Below are positions 1-11,072 of a stretch of DNA of 64,000 nucleotides, piece after piece. The translations under genes and the position numbers were made by a program. Source of the DNA: an uncultured Acidimicrobiia bacterium (GTDB lineage Bacteria; Acidobacteriota; Terriglobia; Versatilivoradales; Versatilivoraceae); assembly GCA_963786955.1 (NCBI GenBank), contig CAWBAT010000007.1:96001-160000 (forward strand), read 5' to 3'. Below the pieces are notes generated by a model. That model searched no databases. It had not been told where the DNA came from and saw only the letters and a list, made by a program, of their open reading frames with translations. Within the stretch, counting starts at the first letter, position 1. Every line of letters starts with the position of its first letter.

Positions 1-263
1 CCGATAATCATGGGCTTGAGATAACCGAGCATGACTTCTTTGATTCCCCGGCCCCAGTATGATTCCCCATAACCGGTAATTCCGGCGTCGGTTTCAATTT
101 TTACAAACGGGCACTCACTGGTCGCCCCCTTAACAATCATCACCTTCATGTCGGTAATCTTCACTTTATTGCGCAGTGGCGCCGCCAATAGGGAATAGGT
201 TTCAAGAAACGAAGGGATTGCAAGCGACGACGCGAGTGTTTTTAAAAAGTGGCGCCTGTTCAT
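1..263 (-). CDS. Mandelate racemase/muconate lactonizing (enolase superfamily) enzyme with Tat signal; 5' part only, runs off the window
   Basis: Manual translation from ATG 263 (GGAG RBS upstream): MNRRHFLKTLASSLAIP...KITDMKV...FVKIETDAGITGYGE. This gives a twin-arginine motif and the typical MR/MLE N-terminal 'VKIETDxGITGYGE'. Confidence 0.75.
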   Translation of the reverse strand, partial: MNRRHFLKTLASSLAIPSFLETYSLLAAPLRNKVKITDMKVMIVKGATSECPFVKIETDAGITGYGESYWGRGIKEVMLGYLKPMII

Positions 264-307
264 TGGGATAGCTCCTTTGCGTAGAAGAAACGCGAGTTGA
301 ATACTTC

Positions 308-362
308 CTGGGGCGCGGGCGTCCCGCCCGCCCAGTGGCAGCCAGGATGGCCGGGTTCCCAG
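308..362. repeat. REP-like palindromic doublet (GGAGCGCAGGCATCCTGCCCGC family)
   Basis: GCGGGCGTCCCGCCCGC...GCCAGGATGGCC; related units at 24620-24642, 33742-33766, 48789-48812 and 52641-52661. Confidence 0.55.
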
Positions 363-368
363 ACGGAC

Positions 369-3300
369 TCATTGAATTCGTACCGTCACGACTTCATTTG
401 GCCTCAAAGTAACTTCAAACTTATTCTCGCTGATTGAGAGAGGTTTCTTCAAGTCTTCCTCAACTCCGCTGGTAAGTTCGGCCGACTTCAGCTTCCAATG
501 TGGCAAGCGGAGAGTTACGGTTGTTTCTTTGCCTGCCGTTTCCAAAAAACGCAGGATATGACCGCGCTTATCTTCGGCTCCCTTCCAGGTGACGAGAATA
601 ACATTGGGAGTATCCGATTCCAGAAAAGCCGTCCCTTCAGGTGGCAGAGATCGGTCCGGGTTCCCCACTTTCTCCTGCGGCATCACCGCGTTGATCTCAG
701 CGGGCCGCAGATGGCTCATCCCGACCCGGCTCAACTCCTCTGGCACAAACGTACGTGAACTGGTCACCACGTAACGAAATTCGAAATGACCCCCTTGCGA
801 AGCCCTGTAGTTAGTGTCCCAATAATTATTCATCACGTATGAAAAAATTGTGGAACTTTTGGGTTGGAATGCCGACGGCCAGGAGCCACGGTTGATATCC
901 CCGAACGAGGCCAGGGGAGCATCCAAAGGAACAATGCCTACCGTCACTTGGTTGTTTCGAATGGCCATCCACTGCTGCACACTAAACCATTCGAGGCTTG
1001 CCCCTTTCAATAGGTCTCTTGAAGGATCGACCCAGCCATTCTGGATTGCGTAGAGAAATTCCGGATTTGGAATAGCGGTAGGGAAAGCAAAGTAAACCGC
1101 TTCTTTCGTGACGACTTCCTTCTTTTCAATCTGGTTAATGAATTCAATTTTCTTTTCCCGGTCGAAGAGAAGGATCTCGGTGCGAATCTCCGGTGTATTC
1201 ATTGCGCTGCTCTGCGTCTTGATTGAATGGCCGAAAGGAGTGTTGGAGACGCTTAGAACCTCTCCCTTCTCGGCTCCCTGAATCGTCAATTGTGGCGCCG
1301 GCCACGTCTTGATAGGACGCATGACCTGCGTGTTGCCGTCTCCTCCGCTCACATACAAATATTGATTGAATTTATATGGACTGGACGCGTCGACCAATTC
1401 ACGCTTGAGTTCTTTATCGTAAATGCTGGATACAGCTCCAGTGGCATGATCCAAAACAATTCGGTAGAAATTGTTTTCGACTGTAAATGTCTTGGGGTCA
1501 TATTTGTTTTCTTTGAAGAAAACTCTTTTTGTCGGGGACAAGACGACCGAATAGCACTTGTAGCCGACGGAAGGCACATCTTCTGCCAAAAAGCGAATGC
1601 GGGAAAATCCTTGTTTCGACCAAAGCGTCTCAAAGGGGACCTCTTGGCCTGTATTCAGATCCTTGACGACCGCTCCTTCCGTGACTAAATCTATTTCAAC
1701 AAGACAGTCCCGCCGCCAATTGACTGGATTGAAAACAATTAAAGTTAAACTGGGAACATGCAGTTGGTCTGTGAACTGGCTCATGGAGCGCTGGAGCCAT
1801 TCATCGATTTCGAATTTAGCTTGCACAGCACGATTGTCCTTGACCTCCAGCTGTTTTCTGGATTGTTCGTGGTCGGGCATGGCTAGAGAGATCCAGGCCG
1901 TCCAGGTATGTTCCCCGAAAAGCATAATATTCTTCCAGATGTCTTCAACCAGCGCCTTGGGCGGTGCGACCGCGGGATTAAGCATGCGATTGATGCTAGA
2001 CAGTATTTCCGCCGACAATGCGCGCTGCTGGTTATGACGATCTTCAGCAACATAATAAGCATCGCTACCGGCGCCGTCTTCCCAGTAAGGGCCCCCATCG
2101 CCTCGGTAGGTTGGCAGCTGTGTTCCGAACTTCTCATCCACGTACTTCATGAAATCCCTCAGAGTCGCGTAATCGAGCCGTGGGTAAGCATATTCCCGAT
2201 TCCAGGCCTCTAGAAAATTGGATGTTTCGGGATAGAGATCGGTATTCTCTACCTGGGTTCCAAAAATCAACACCCCATCCGGCTTGTATTGATCTGTCGA
2301 ATAGGACTGCAGGAAGACGGGTAATGAATCACGAATGGCTGCCTGCTGCGGCGGCAAACCAAATAGACTTTGGACTTGCATGTAATGACGCGAGTACCAG
2401 AAAAGAACTTTCTTGCCGTCCGGCCCTTCCCACCAGAAAGGTGACTTCTCATTCCACAACCCGTTGAGGAGAAACGGCGCCCGCCAGTTATTTCCGCCGA
2501 CCGCAAAATACCGGATTCCCGAGCTTGCCAAAACGGAGGGATACGATCCAGTGTGTGAAGGGACATCCGTGATGTTGGCATAATCCATAGGGAATTGATG
2601 CAGCCGGGCAAGACTCTTGGAATAATAAAGAGAACGGAAGAGGGTTTCTAAGGAAGCTATTCCGGTGAGCAGGTTGAAATACTGTGCCGGCAGGGCCATT
2701 TTGCCCTCCTGCAGCAGCCGGATCGTCTCTCTTTGTTTCTCCTCTGGCCGGGTCGTCAGCAGTTGTTCGAGGACCCAGGATCCATCAATGGAAAAGCGAA
2801 ATGCCGGGTTTTGTTTGAATAAGTCGGTCGCCTGAGAGAGCACGCGAGCCTGCAGTTCGGCGACTTTTCCTTGGTGGTCCGTGTAGCCCACATCCAGGTG
2901 TGTATGCGGCGCGACAAACAGCTTCCACTTACGCTGTGGCTCTAGAGTTAAATCAAATTTCCGGGTCGACCCGGCCACGACTTTCAAGCTGGCGGTCTGT
3001 TTTCCTGACCATTCCGGGATCTCAAAGACAATTCGTTGTTCGCCAATCTCCGAGGCGGGGGGCAGCTTCGCCGTGTAACGATTCCCGTTCAACTCGAGAG
3101 AAACCAGGCCTTTGGCGATTTTTTGATTGAGGCGAATGATCACCTCAACCAGCTCAGCCAGCTCCTCCCCCTTTTGTTTGTAGAAAACCGTGGGCAATAC
3201 GGTTGCTTGAATCCCCTTTGGGGCAAAGGCTTTGTCCTTTTCTTCCGTGAGTTTTAAAGCATCATAATGAAACCCCGATATTCCCGTAGCCGCGGTTCCG

Positions 3301-3869
3301 ATGGCCTGGCTGGTTTCTGCATTATCATCGATTGCCGTCAAAACAACCCGGTTCTCGCCTTTTTGGAACGAGGTTGCCGGGAAATCGACCTCCAGCTGTT
3401 GAAACCCAAAGTGAGGTATGAAAGCAACAGGGAATTCACTGGGGTTGTAACTGATGCGAGGCCGGAAATAATAGAGGCTTCGATGACCGTTGATCTCGAT
3501 TTCAATGTTGGGGCGCTGCGGCATGTAATGCAGCGTGGAGAGGGTCAAGGAGTAAGTGCCCACCGGCGGATGATCAAGGTTAAAGACGATCGTAAACGGA
3601 TGTTTTCTTCCTCCGGCCAGTCCGTTGCTCGATCCCGGGTGAAACCCTGCCCAGTCTTTTTTCCAGTCATTCTGGGTGACATCAAAAATTGGATCAGGCG
3701 GCAACCCGACAGGTATTATCGAAAAGCTCACTCCAAACTCCTCGGAAGACTGGTCGAATAGGCCGATCTGCCAAAGTGTCTGTGGAGCGGCGCAGAGGAG
3801 GGAAGGGGTTGCCAATCCCAACGTAAATAGGAGAACCGCCAATTGAGTAAAGGGACATGGTTTGCTCAT
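369..3869 (-). CDS. Secreted GH38-like glycoside hydrolase (alpha-mannosidase-like) with N-terminal PL4-domain-III-like beta domain
   Basis: PHTHLDVGYTD metal motif, WEGPDG, EHTW, YVMNNYWDTNY and a C-terminal 'LRFLETAG' GH38 domain. Signal peptide from ATG 3869; the track start at 3914 lies inside a REP hairpin. Confidence 0.8.
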   Translation of the reverse strand: MSKPCPFTQLAVLLFTLGLATPSLLCAAPQTLWQIGLFDQSSEEFGVSFSIIPVGLPPDPIFDVTQNDWKKDWAGFHPGSSNGLAGGRKHPFTIVFNLDHPPVGTYSLTLSTLHYMPQRPNIEIEINGHRSLYYFRPRISYNPSEFPVAFIPHFGFQQLEVDFPATSFQKGENRVVLTAIDDNAETSQAIGTAATGISGFHYDALKLTEEKDKAFAPKGIQATVLPTVFYKQKGEELAELVEVIIRLNQKIAKGLVSLELNGNRYTAKLPPASEIGEQRIVFEIPEWSGKQTASLKVVAGSTRKFDLTLEPQRKWKLFVAPHTHLDVGYTDHQGKVAELQARVLSQATDLFKQNPAFRFSIDGSWVLEQLLTTRPEEKQRETIRLLQEGKMALPAQYFNLLTGIASLETLFRSLYYSKSLARLHQFPMDYANITDVPSHTGSYPSVLASSGIRYFAVGGNNWRAPFLLNGLWNEKSPFWWEGPDGKKVLFWYSRHYMQVQSLFGLPPQQAAIRDSLPVFLQSYSTDQYKPDGVLIFGTQVENTDLYPETSNFLEAWNREYAYPRLDYATLRDFMKYVDEKFGTQLPTYRGDGGPYWEDGAGSDAYYVAEDRHNQQRALSAEILSSINRMLNPAVAPPKALVEDIWKNIMLFGEHTWTAWISLAMPDHEQSRKQLEVKDNRAVQAKFEIDEWLQRSMSQFTDQLHVPSLTLIVFNPVNWRRDCLVEIDLVTEGAVVKDLNTGQEVPFETLWSKQGFSRIRFLAEDVPSVGYKCYSVVLSPTKRVFFKENKYDPKTFTVENNFYRIVLDHATGAVSSIYDKELKRELVDASSPYKFNQYLYVSGGDGNTQVMRPIKTWPAPQLTIQGAEKGEVLSVSNTPFGHSIKTQSSAMNTPEIRTEILLFDREKKIEFINQIEKKEVVTKEAVYFAFPTAIPNPEFLYAIQNGWVDPSRDLLKGASLEWFSVQQWMAIRNNQVTVGIVPLDAPLASFGDINRGSWPSAFQPKSSTIFSYVMNNYWDTNYRASQGGHFEFRYVVTSSRTFVPEELSRVGMSHLRPAEINAVMPQEKVGNPDRSLPPEGTAFLESDTPNVILVTWKGAEDKRGHILRFLETAGKETTVTLRLPHWKLKSAELTSGVEEDLKKPLSISENKFEVTLRPNEVVTVRIQ

Positions 3870-3923
3870 GACTCGACTCTCACTTTCGCGGACAGGCCAG
3901 GGGGCTTGTCCCACCTGATTTTG

Positions 3924-6900
3924 TCATTTCCTCATGAAGCTCGGGCGGGTGTTCCATTCCAAGAGATACCGGATGTGGTCCTCGTCAGAGGGGTAACTCT
4001 CCCTCCGGTAAGGATATGATTTCATCCCATGAAAAGGTAGGGATTCGACGCTCTCGGCCAGGGCGGAATGCAATTCATAGCCTTTTTCGTATCCGTCGTT
4101 GTAAAAAAAATAGGTTCGTTTCCAGCCTTCACGGACTAATGGCATTCGGCTGGAATCGAAGCTCAAACTCACTTCTTCCCCATGCTCCATGACGACATAC
4201 TGGTCATCCGATCTCTGAAGCAACGGAAGGACGTCTCCGAAACGTGTCAGCAGACCCGTATGTGTCCCCCACTCCGCGCTTGATTCTATTTGAGAATAGT
4301 CAAGTCGCTCGGGCATTTGCCCCCCGGGAAGAATCCGTTTAGGGTACCCCAGCCAGTGTAGATCCGCCGAAGCCAAGGGAACTATGACAGATTGCATCAT
4401 GCCGGTATTGATCGATTTAGAACTCAAAGGCACTCTTTCGGCAGATTCTGCAACACGGATTTGATCATAGTAGATGGTACGGTTGGTGCGGATTCGAACC
4501 AACCGTTCGCCAGGATAGAGATATCCTGATAAGTCTATTGCGATAGTCCTAGGAAGACCGGCGGCAACGCCCAGATCCCCGTTCGCCAGTCTCCATCGCC
4601 CGTGGTTGTCCATTACTTCGAGAATTGGACCCCATAAAGTCTGCTTGGCTTGAGCGGCCGCGACGATGGAGGCGGAAGAGTTCCAGTAGCTCCAGCCATC
4701 CAATAGCAACACCGGATTCCGGGCTGTCTCTAAGTCTCCAAGATCCAAAGTCAGTGACCATTCTCCGGCGAACCCTTTAAAAGGAAGCGCCGAGAAATGC
4801 TCAAAATAGTGACGATCTTCTTTGAGAAGCAGACTGGTGACATCATGTCCATGCTGGTCAACGACTCTTCGAACCGGGCGCACTCCGCGGAGAGCCCAAA
4901 AACTGATTGGTTCTCGATTCTTTGGTTCGTTGACCATTTTTTCGTTGGAATAGACTTCCAATTCCTCGGGATGATCGATAGCCAGAAGGGCAACGTGGTC
5001 GAGATAAGTAACCTCCTCCAATGGGTTCGTAAACCGGATCTGCAGAGAGTGATCCAGTTTCGGCTTAAGCTGTTGTCCAGTAATACGCACCCATTCATCC
5101 GGGTCGGGCTGCCAGAACTGATCGGGCGCCACCAATTCTCCGAGGATTCCGGCTCCAAGCGTATCGGTAATAAATTCAAAATATTTTCCATTCCAGGTAA
5201 ATAAAGTGGGGCAGGAGTTCACATCCAACAATGGCTCTTGGACTGTGACGACTCGGTTTGCAGGAGTGTCCTTTATTGTCCAGCGGACTCCGGAAGGGAA
5301 CACGGCCCGCACAAAATCGACCCGATCTTGATTACCCAGATTGAAAGTAATCTCCGGGGCATCACATCCTCCACTGGGATTTCCGGCGTGTAATTCCTTT
5401 CGTTCCCATTGGCCAACCGAGCGGACTTCGACTTTTGTGCCAATGCCCAGCCGATTGCTTTTTACTTTGCCGGGGACTGCATAACCCTCAAGCCGGACTT
5501 TGAGCCAGTGGGCCGGCTTTGTTTCGTTCTGGTTTAAGACAACGGCATTGTTGGATCGGACAATCAGTTCGTCCACGGCGCCATCCCCATTGAAATCGCC
5601 ATAGGCACGAGATTCTCCCAAAGGCAAAGCCCCCGGGAGTCCTTCAGGGGCCGAATGCGACTCGATGAATTTGCCGTCTTTGTTATTCAGAAAAAGCTGG
5701 GGCTTCCCGGATAGGTCGTAAAGAACAAGGTCGATGGCCCTATCTTCGTTTACATCAGAGAACCAGACACTTCTCGCACGGAGGTTGCTGGCGGCAACAT
5801 CCGCTTGGGCCGCTATTTCTTTGAATGTGCCATCACTATTGTTTTGAAAGAGAAGGTTTGCCTGGGCCGGGAAGTCATCAGGGAATTGGATTTCTGTTTT
5901 GACAGGCAATGCAGTCAAATCCACTAAGCAAGTCACGTCAATATCCACATCGCCATCATGATCAATGTCAGCAAAAGCAGCTCCAGTCGCCCAAGTCTGG
6001 GGGCGCAGTGAACGTGAAATCCCCACGGATTGCGTGACGTCCTTGAACTTGCCCTGGTTATTCCGAAATAGGTGAATCTCTCCATAGCCGGCCACCAACA
6101 GATCTGCCCAACCGTCGTTATCATAGTCTCCCCAGGCACAAGTGGTTCCCTGGAGAGGCATTTCAGCCAGGCCGGTCTTCCGCGTAACGTCCTGGAAATG
6201 CCCGTCGGATTTCTGCTCGAACAATCCCGTGGCGCCATTCCCAGTGACAAAAAAAAGATCCAATCGTCCGTCGTTATTGTAATCGCAGAACGAGGCGCCC
6301 GCTCCGCTGGCAGCAACTAGTTTCTTGAGGTGGGATGAGTCTGCAAACCAGCGGCGTGGAGTGGATTGACCTTGCAATATTTTGGAAATTTCTTCATCAA
6401 TCGATTTGACTGGAGTATTGAATACGACTCCGAGTGCGGAAGTGACGTCAGTGTAGCGAGGAACTGCTGTTTCGGCAGGGGCTGCCGTCGGCTGAGACTC
6501 CGCGATGGCTTCCGCATATTTCCCTTGTTTCAAATATTCCATCGAACTCTTGGGGGCCTCAACAACGCGCACACTGGAAGACTCCAGTTTTCTAAAATTC
6601 TCTAGTTCCGCCTGGGCCTCTTCCGCCTTGCCTCCCCGGCTGAGTGCCATGTAAAGGTTGTAGCGCATCCGGCGTTGATAAGGTAGCAGTCTGGCAGCGT
6701 GCCGAAAAGGTTCGATGGCTTCTGCGTATTGACGGTTCTTGCTGTAGCAATATCCCAAGTGAAACCAGCTGTTCGGGTCTTCGGGGTCTGCCCGGGTCAC
6801 TCTCTCGAAGTGGACTCGCGCTTCAGCGAAAGCGCCACTCATCTCGCGGAGAAGACCTAAAATATAGTTGGCATAAAGGTTGTCAGGAGCATCCTTCAGG

Positions 6901-7343
6901 ACTTGTGTCATGGTACTGAGGGCTTTTTCCACCTGCCCCGCATAATAATAAGCCATTCCAAGATTGATTCGGGCGGTCAGATAGTTTGGAGAACTCTCTA
7001 AGGCAGCTTCGAACTCTTTGATGGCTTCCGGGAAGTACTTGGGGTCTTTGGGTCCGGCATCCATTAAGGCAACGCCAAGGTTATTATGCCGGATCGCTTC
7101 GTCTGGCGGTCGAAATGGAGCAGTTGACCGGCAAGAAACATTGACAAAAAAGAGGGAAGTGCATAGCGCAAGGGGGAGAAGAGAAACAAAGCTTTTCGGC
7201 CCGAACCATTTGTGTGATTGAAAATCTATTTTCAAAGGATTGGTCCTTGGCGTCTGCCCGCGGTGTCTGGAGCTAGATATTTGTATGAGCTTGAAGCCTG
7301 TCTTACGACGTTGTGGTACAGGCGTCCCCCCTGCATTCTGCAA
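3924..7343 (-). CDS. TPR + FG-GAP repeat + ASPIC/UnbV (CRTAC1-family) lipoprotein-like protein
   Basis: TPR repeats, several DxDxDG FG-GAP motifs, the ASPIC motif SNRLGIGTKVEV, an SCPTLFTWNG C-terminal domain and lipobox-like NVSC. True start is probably ~7234 because the ORF's first codons overlap REP palindromes. Confidence 0.8.
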   Translation of the reverse strand: MQNAGGTPVPQRRKTGFKLIQISSSRHRGQTPRTNPLKIDFQSHKWFGPKSFVSLLPLALCTSLFFVNVSCRSTAPFRPPDEAIRHNNLGVALMDAGPKDPKYFPEAIKEFEAALESSPNYLTARINLGMAYYYAGQVEKALSTMTQVLKDAPDNLYANYILGLLREMSGAFAEARVHFERVTRADPEDPNSWFHLGYCYSKNRQYAEAIEPFRHAARLLPYQRRMRYNLYMALSRGGKAEEAQAELENFRKLESSSVRVVEAPKSSMEYLKQGKYAEAIAESQPTAAPAETAVPRYTDVTSALGVVFNTPVKSIDEEISKILQGQSTPRRWFADSSHLKKLVAASGAGASFCDYNNDGRLDLFFVTGNGATGLFEQKSDGHFQDVTRKTGLAEMPLQGTTCAWGDYDNDGWADLLVAGYGEIHLFRNNQGKFKDVTQSVGISRSLRPQTWATGAAFADIDHDGDVDIDVTCLVDLTALPVKTEIQFPDDFPAQANLLFQNNSDGTFKEIAAQADVAASNLRARSVWFSDVNEDRAIDLVLYDLSGKPQLFLNNKDGKFIESHSAPEGLPGALPLGESRAYGDFNGDGAVDELIVRSNNAVVLNQNETKPAHWLKVRLEGYAVPGKVKSNRLGIGTKVEVRSVGQWERKELHAGNPSGGCDAPEITFNLGNQDRVDFVRAVFPSGVRWTIKDTPANRVVTVQEPLLDVNSCPTLFTWNGKYFEFITDTLGAGILGELVAPDQFWQPDPDEWVRITGQQLKPKLDHSLQIRFTNPLEEVTYLDHVALLAIDHPEELEVYSNEKMVNEPKNREPISFWALRGVRPVRRVVDQHGHDVTSLLLKEDRHYFEHFSALPFKGFAGEWSLTLDLGDLETARNPVLLLDGWSYWNSSASIVAAAQAKQTLWGPILEVMDNHGRWRLANGDLGVAAGLPRTIAIDLSGYLYPGERLVRIRTNRTIYYDQIRVAESAERVPLSSKSINTGMMQSVIVPLASADLHWLGYPKRILPGGQMPERLDYSQIESSAEWGTHTGLLTRFGDVLPLLQRSDDQYVVMEHGEEVSLSFDSSRMPLVREGWKRTYFFYNDGYEKGYELHSALAESVESLPFHGMKSYPYRRESYPSDEDHIRYLLEWNTRPSFMRK

Positions 7344-7367
7344 TAGGAAAACCTCTTTCCATAATAT

Positions 7368-8294
7368 TTACTGCGACGGTGGGCGCTGCGCGGCAATAAT
7401 ATTTGCCAATCGCTTATACTCATCGTCCATTACAGTAATCGAGAAGTTCGGATCTTTAAGATACTTTCGGATGGGCAACCAATACTCTCCGAAGATACTT
7501 TGACGGGCAAGGGCACGCCAACGCAATGCCGGATCGGCTTTGACGTCTCCTTCTTCTGTCCATTTCAGCGCAGGTTTCTTCAGCTCGCCACGCTGGACAG
7601 CTAGCTTGAACCACTCCCAAGCCTCTTCGCGATTTCCTTCCCGATACTTGAGATAACCGAGCAGGTAAGGAGCGGCCATACTCATGGGATTGTCTGCATT
7701 AGCACTCTCAAGCTTTTGGCGGGCTTTTTCCCAATTGCCTTGTAACAAAGCAACTTCACCCAACGCCAATTGAGCGCCGCTGTCGGGATCAATGGCGAGG
7801 GTCTTTTCAAATATTTGTTCAGCTGCCTTTAGATCCTTGGTTGGTCCCGGTTCCAAGCTGCCATAGATCAGGCCCATTTGCATGTAGCCCCGAGAGGATC
7901 CTTGTGGATTGATTTCGATCAATCGAGCATAATTGTCAAGAGCTTTCCTGTATTCACCCAGCTCCAAATAACAATTACCTTGATAATAAATACTATCCTC
8001 ATGGGTGGGTCGCATCTCAAGGACTCGCTGATAGAGTCCTACGGCTTTATTGAGTTCTCCGGCAGCTCGTTTCTGGCTGGCTTGTTTGTAAGTATCCCAA
8101 AAAAGTCGGTTTCCTTCTGCCTGACTGGCCGACTTCCTCTCTATCTGAGACTCTTTGTGTGCCAGGAGCATTTTGAAGACAGCGATACTAACAAATGCAA
8201 GCAGGATAAACCCAGCGCCGATCCAAAAAGACGACAAAAGCGAAGATTTCATTTTCACGATCGAGTCCCCAGAGAAGCGGCCCAATTGGGACAT
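7368..8294 (-). CDS. Membrane-anchored TPR protein
   Basis: N-terminal TM helix followed by TPR consensus repeats (YYQGNCYLELGEYRKAL, LALGEVALLQGNWEKA). Confidence 0.75.
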   Translation of the reverse strand: MSQLGRFSGDSIVKMKSSLLSSFWIGAGFILLAFVSIAVFKMLLAHKESQIERKSASQAEGNRLFWDTYKQASQKRAAGELNKAVGLYQRVLEMRPTHEDSIYYQGNCYLELGEYRKALDNYARLIEINPQGSSRGYMQMGLIYGSLEPGPTKDLKAAEQIFEKTLAIDPDSGAQLALGEVALLQGNWEKARQKLESANADNPMSMAAPYLLGYLKYREGNREEAWEWFKLAVQRGELKKPALKWTEEGDVKADPALRWRALARQSIFGEYWLPIRKYLKDPNFSITVMDDEYKRLANIIAAQRPPSQ

Positions 8295-11060
8295 CTATCT
8301 CACATCGAATGTATGGATTCTCCAGGGCTGTGCCTTGAATTTCAGTTGTGATTGAGTCAGCTGCACAGAGCCCAAAGTCCGCCCCATAAGATTGGTTTCA
8401 ACAGCACTCTTGATATCAATTCCCAAATCGATTTCGGCTATTGTTTCCTTTCCGCCGATTTCAACGACTCGGAGTTCGTATCCTGTAGGTTTCGTATAGA
8501 AGGCGGAGAGCATGACATTTTCCGGGCTTAGAGATAAGAAACTGCGGCGCCTGGGCAGCGTGCCAGACTGTTGCTTAGCTTGGACCGGGATGAGCCTCTG
8601 CGCAAACTCCTCGGCTTTCCTCACACAGTGGGATTCGCCGAACTCTTTTCCATGCGGGCAGAGGGCGTGCCGGTATTCTGCATAGCGAGGCCATCCGAAC
8701 TCCCCTGTAAAATAGGACTCCCACTCGCGAACGGCCAAATTGGAAATGATTCCATCTTCTCCATACTTGAAGTATTGATTCCCTGAGTGAAGGAGGAGCA
8801 GGCCGCCACTTTCGCCCAACAGATCGAGGAATGTCAGGGCATGAAAGAACCGATGGGAGGTTGGTTCTACTCCAAACGGAAAATCGCGCAGGATGGTGGT
8901 TGGAGAAAAGGAGGGAGCCAGATTGAGCCAATAGCCCTCCTTGATTTCTACGGGGAAGCGACCCTCTTTATCCAGGGCATCGACGGCCGGAGGAATCTCC
9001 GCCAGGACGCGGCTGACGACTTCCACCCAGGGCGTGCGAGAGGCTAAGGTGACATAGGTTTCAAACTTCAAAAGAGGCCAGTAATGGCTCGCCTTGACCG
9101 TTGCCCGAACAGGACCTTTTTCAATCCACCGAATGCTGGACGGCATAGAGGCTTTCCAGTAATCGATCGCACTGGGCTCTGGCTGCCCTTGATTCAGGAC
9201 CAGTTTCGCCTCCGATTGGGAAGAGTCGAAGACCGCCGGGATCTTCATGGCGTCTGCAGGATACTTGCTGTGAACGAAAACGCTCCTCAGGGGGTAGTCC
9301 TGATTGGGTCTTCCCCGGAAGATTGGGAAGGGACACTTTTGACCATCTAACATCTCCCGGCCGGTTGTTTTATCTACCAGGCTGGCAATAGCGCCATGAG
9401 ACGTACCCAGTCGAATCTTTAGGTATTCATTCTCCAGTTCAAGAGTCTCTTGATTAATCTTGAGATCAGTGGGAAGTTCTTCAGGCGTTTCGTTTGTGAA
9501 TTCGAGGGAATAGCTGGCATAACCGACGCTGGGCGTCTTTTCTGCCAGAAATGCCAAACTGGCGACCTGCAGGTTTCCGTTGGTGTCCCGCTCGCCTTTG
9601 ACTAATTGATGTGGAACGAGCCGGCCGGTCTCATCCTTGATGACCACGTTCTTAGCCTTTTGCTTTTTGGGATAGATCCTTCCCGTCACAACGACTCCGG
9701 ATCGATCCCAGGCGCTTGGGTTGAATACCGTAACAAACTGGGTTGTTGGTTTACTGCTTTGAGTGTTGATCCGTTTTGCAATCTCGCCGACGGAAGAGTC
9801 GAGGATCGATTGGGACTGGTTTTGAGCAGCACTCAAATGGTTGAAACCAATAGCACCCCAAGTGAAATTGTGAAAATCCTCGCTTCGGTCGAGAGGAGCC
9901 ATGCGGTCGCTTTGCCAGCGGGAGAACTCGCAAAGGGAGACATCATGACTCTGAGCGGTGAGTAGGTCTTTCCAGGCTGCTTCCAATTGCTGGGTCTTAG
10001 GTTTTACCCCAAGGCTTGAGGCGATCGCATCAAAACGTTCTGCCGCTAGCAAAATGGCTTCAACCTTTCGATCCATAACACGCAATTGATCACCGCCAAT
10101 GCCCCATGGAAGAAGCTTTTGCCAGGAGTCCATATTGAGATAAATGGTCTTCTCCGGATTCCGACCATACTTTTCCATATACTCTTGCAGCGTGACGTAC
10201 TCAATGGGATACGTTTGCGAGAGCTTTTCGTACTTTTTCGCTTCGCTAAGGTAGGCGGGTTGTTCGTGCGGTTCCCATCCGAATTCCGCCCAGTTGATCA
10301 TCAAAGGTTTCCCTAGTTTCTGTAATTCTTTGAGAATCGGAATGGAGGCGAGCTCCTGGGGGCCAAAAGAAAACAGCGAGTTCTTTGGCATGGAAGGAAT
10401 TGTCGTTCCATCTTTGCCTTTCCAGTTGAGCACATTCAGCTCAAGCAATGGTATTCCCGCTCTCCCCCAAGTATCCACTTGGGCAAGACTGGCAAAACGA
10501 AACTCCGCTCCCACCAACATTTGAGGGAGTTGTGGATGGGTAAATTCTTCTTCCTCAAGAAAGGTGGCGATTTCATAGTTCAGAGCCTTCTTGATTGTCC
10601 GGCGGCCGATAACAATCTGGCGTAAGTTTGATTCGCCGCTGATATAGGACCCCATGGGCTGTGCGTAGGTCCCACCGATTAATTCCACCTTGCCTTCGTT
10701 GAGATACTTCTTTAGCTTTTCACTGAGTTCAGGGTATTTTTCAGCCATCAATTCATAAGCCCGAGCATCCAGATTGATGCAGGTCTTAACGCCAGGAGGG
10801 AGATCGGCCATTCCGAAAGCGTCAATCGCCGACAAGGCGCAGGATTCCAATCCCAGCTGCCAGCCTATTCCGATGTAACTCCAATGATTTCCTAACGCGA
10901 GGCAAATTCCTTGAGTCGTGCCTCCTGCTTGGGCAAGCAAATCGGGCATTCTTGGGAAGAGAAAAGCACTGGAACCGCCCAGTAGTCCCAAGCGCAGAAA
11001 TTCCCGGCGCCTTAGATTAGACAAGTGATGCATCCCGTGCGATGGACCCGCTGTTCGCAT
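8295..11060 (-). CDS. Tat-exported GH38-like glycoside hydrolase
   Basis: RRREFL Tat motif, GESNLRQ, WKGKDGT, QSHD, VFNPSAWDR, LENEYL and a GH38 C-terminal domain. Confidence 0.7.
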   Translation of the reverse strand: MRTAGPSHGMHHLSNLRRREFLRLGLLGGSSAFLFPRMPDLLAQAGGTTQGICLALGNHWSYIGIGWQLGLESCALSAIDAFGMADLPPGVKTCINLDARAYELMAEKYPELSEKLKKYLNEGKVELIGGTYAQPMGSYISGESNLRQIVIGRRTIKKALNYEIATFLEEEEFTHPQLPQMLVGAEFRFASLAQVDTWGRAGIPLLELNVLNWKGKDGTTIPSMPKNSLFSFGPQELASIPILKELQKLGKPLMINWAEFGWEPHEQPAYLSEAKKYEKLSQTYPIEYVTLQEYMEKYGRNPEKTIYLNMDSWQKLLPWGIGGDQLRVMDRKVEAILLAAERFDAIASSLGVKPKTQQLEAAWKDLLTAQSHDVSLCEFSRWQSDRMAPLDRSEDFHNFTWGAIGFNHLSAAQNQSQSILDSSVGEIAKRINTQSSKPTTQFVTVFNPSAWDRSGVVVTGRIYPKKQKAKNVVIKDETGRLVPHQLVKGERDTNGNLQVASLAFLAEKTPSVGYASYSLEFTNETPEELPTDLKINQETLELENEYLKIRLGTSHGAIASLVDKTTGREMLDGQKCPFPIFRGRPNQDYPLRSVFVHSKYPADAMKIPAVFDSSQSEAKLVLNQGQPEPSAIDYWKASMPSSIRWIEKGPVRATVKASHYWPLLKFETYVTLASRTPWVEVVSRVLAEIPPAVDALDKEGRFPVEIKEGYWLNLAPSFSPTTILRDFPFGVEPTSHRFFHALTFLDLLGESGGLLLLHSGNQYFKYGEDGIISNLAVREWESYFTGEFGWPRYAEYRHALCPHGKEFGESHCVRKAEEFAQRLIPVQAKQQSGTLPRRRSFLSLSPENVMLSAFYTKPTGYELRVVEIGGKETIAEIDLGIDIKSAVETNLMGRTLGSVQLTQSQLKFKAQPWRIHTFDVR

Positions 11061-11072
11061 AAAAACACTCCT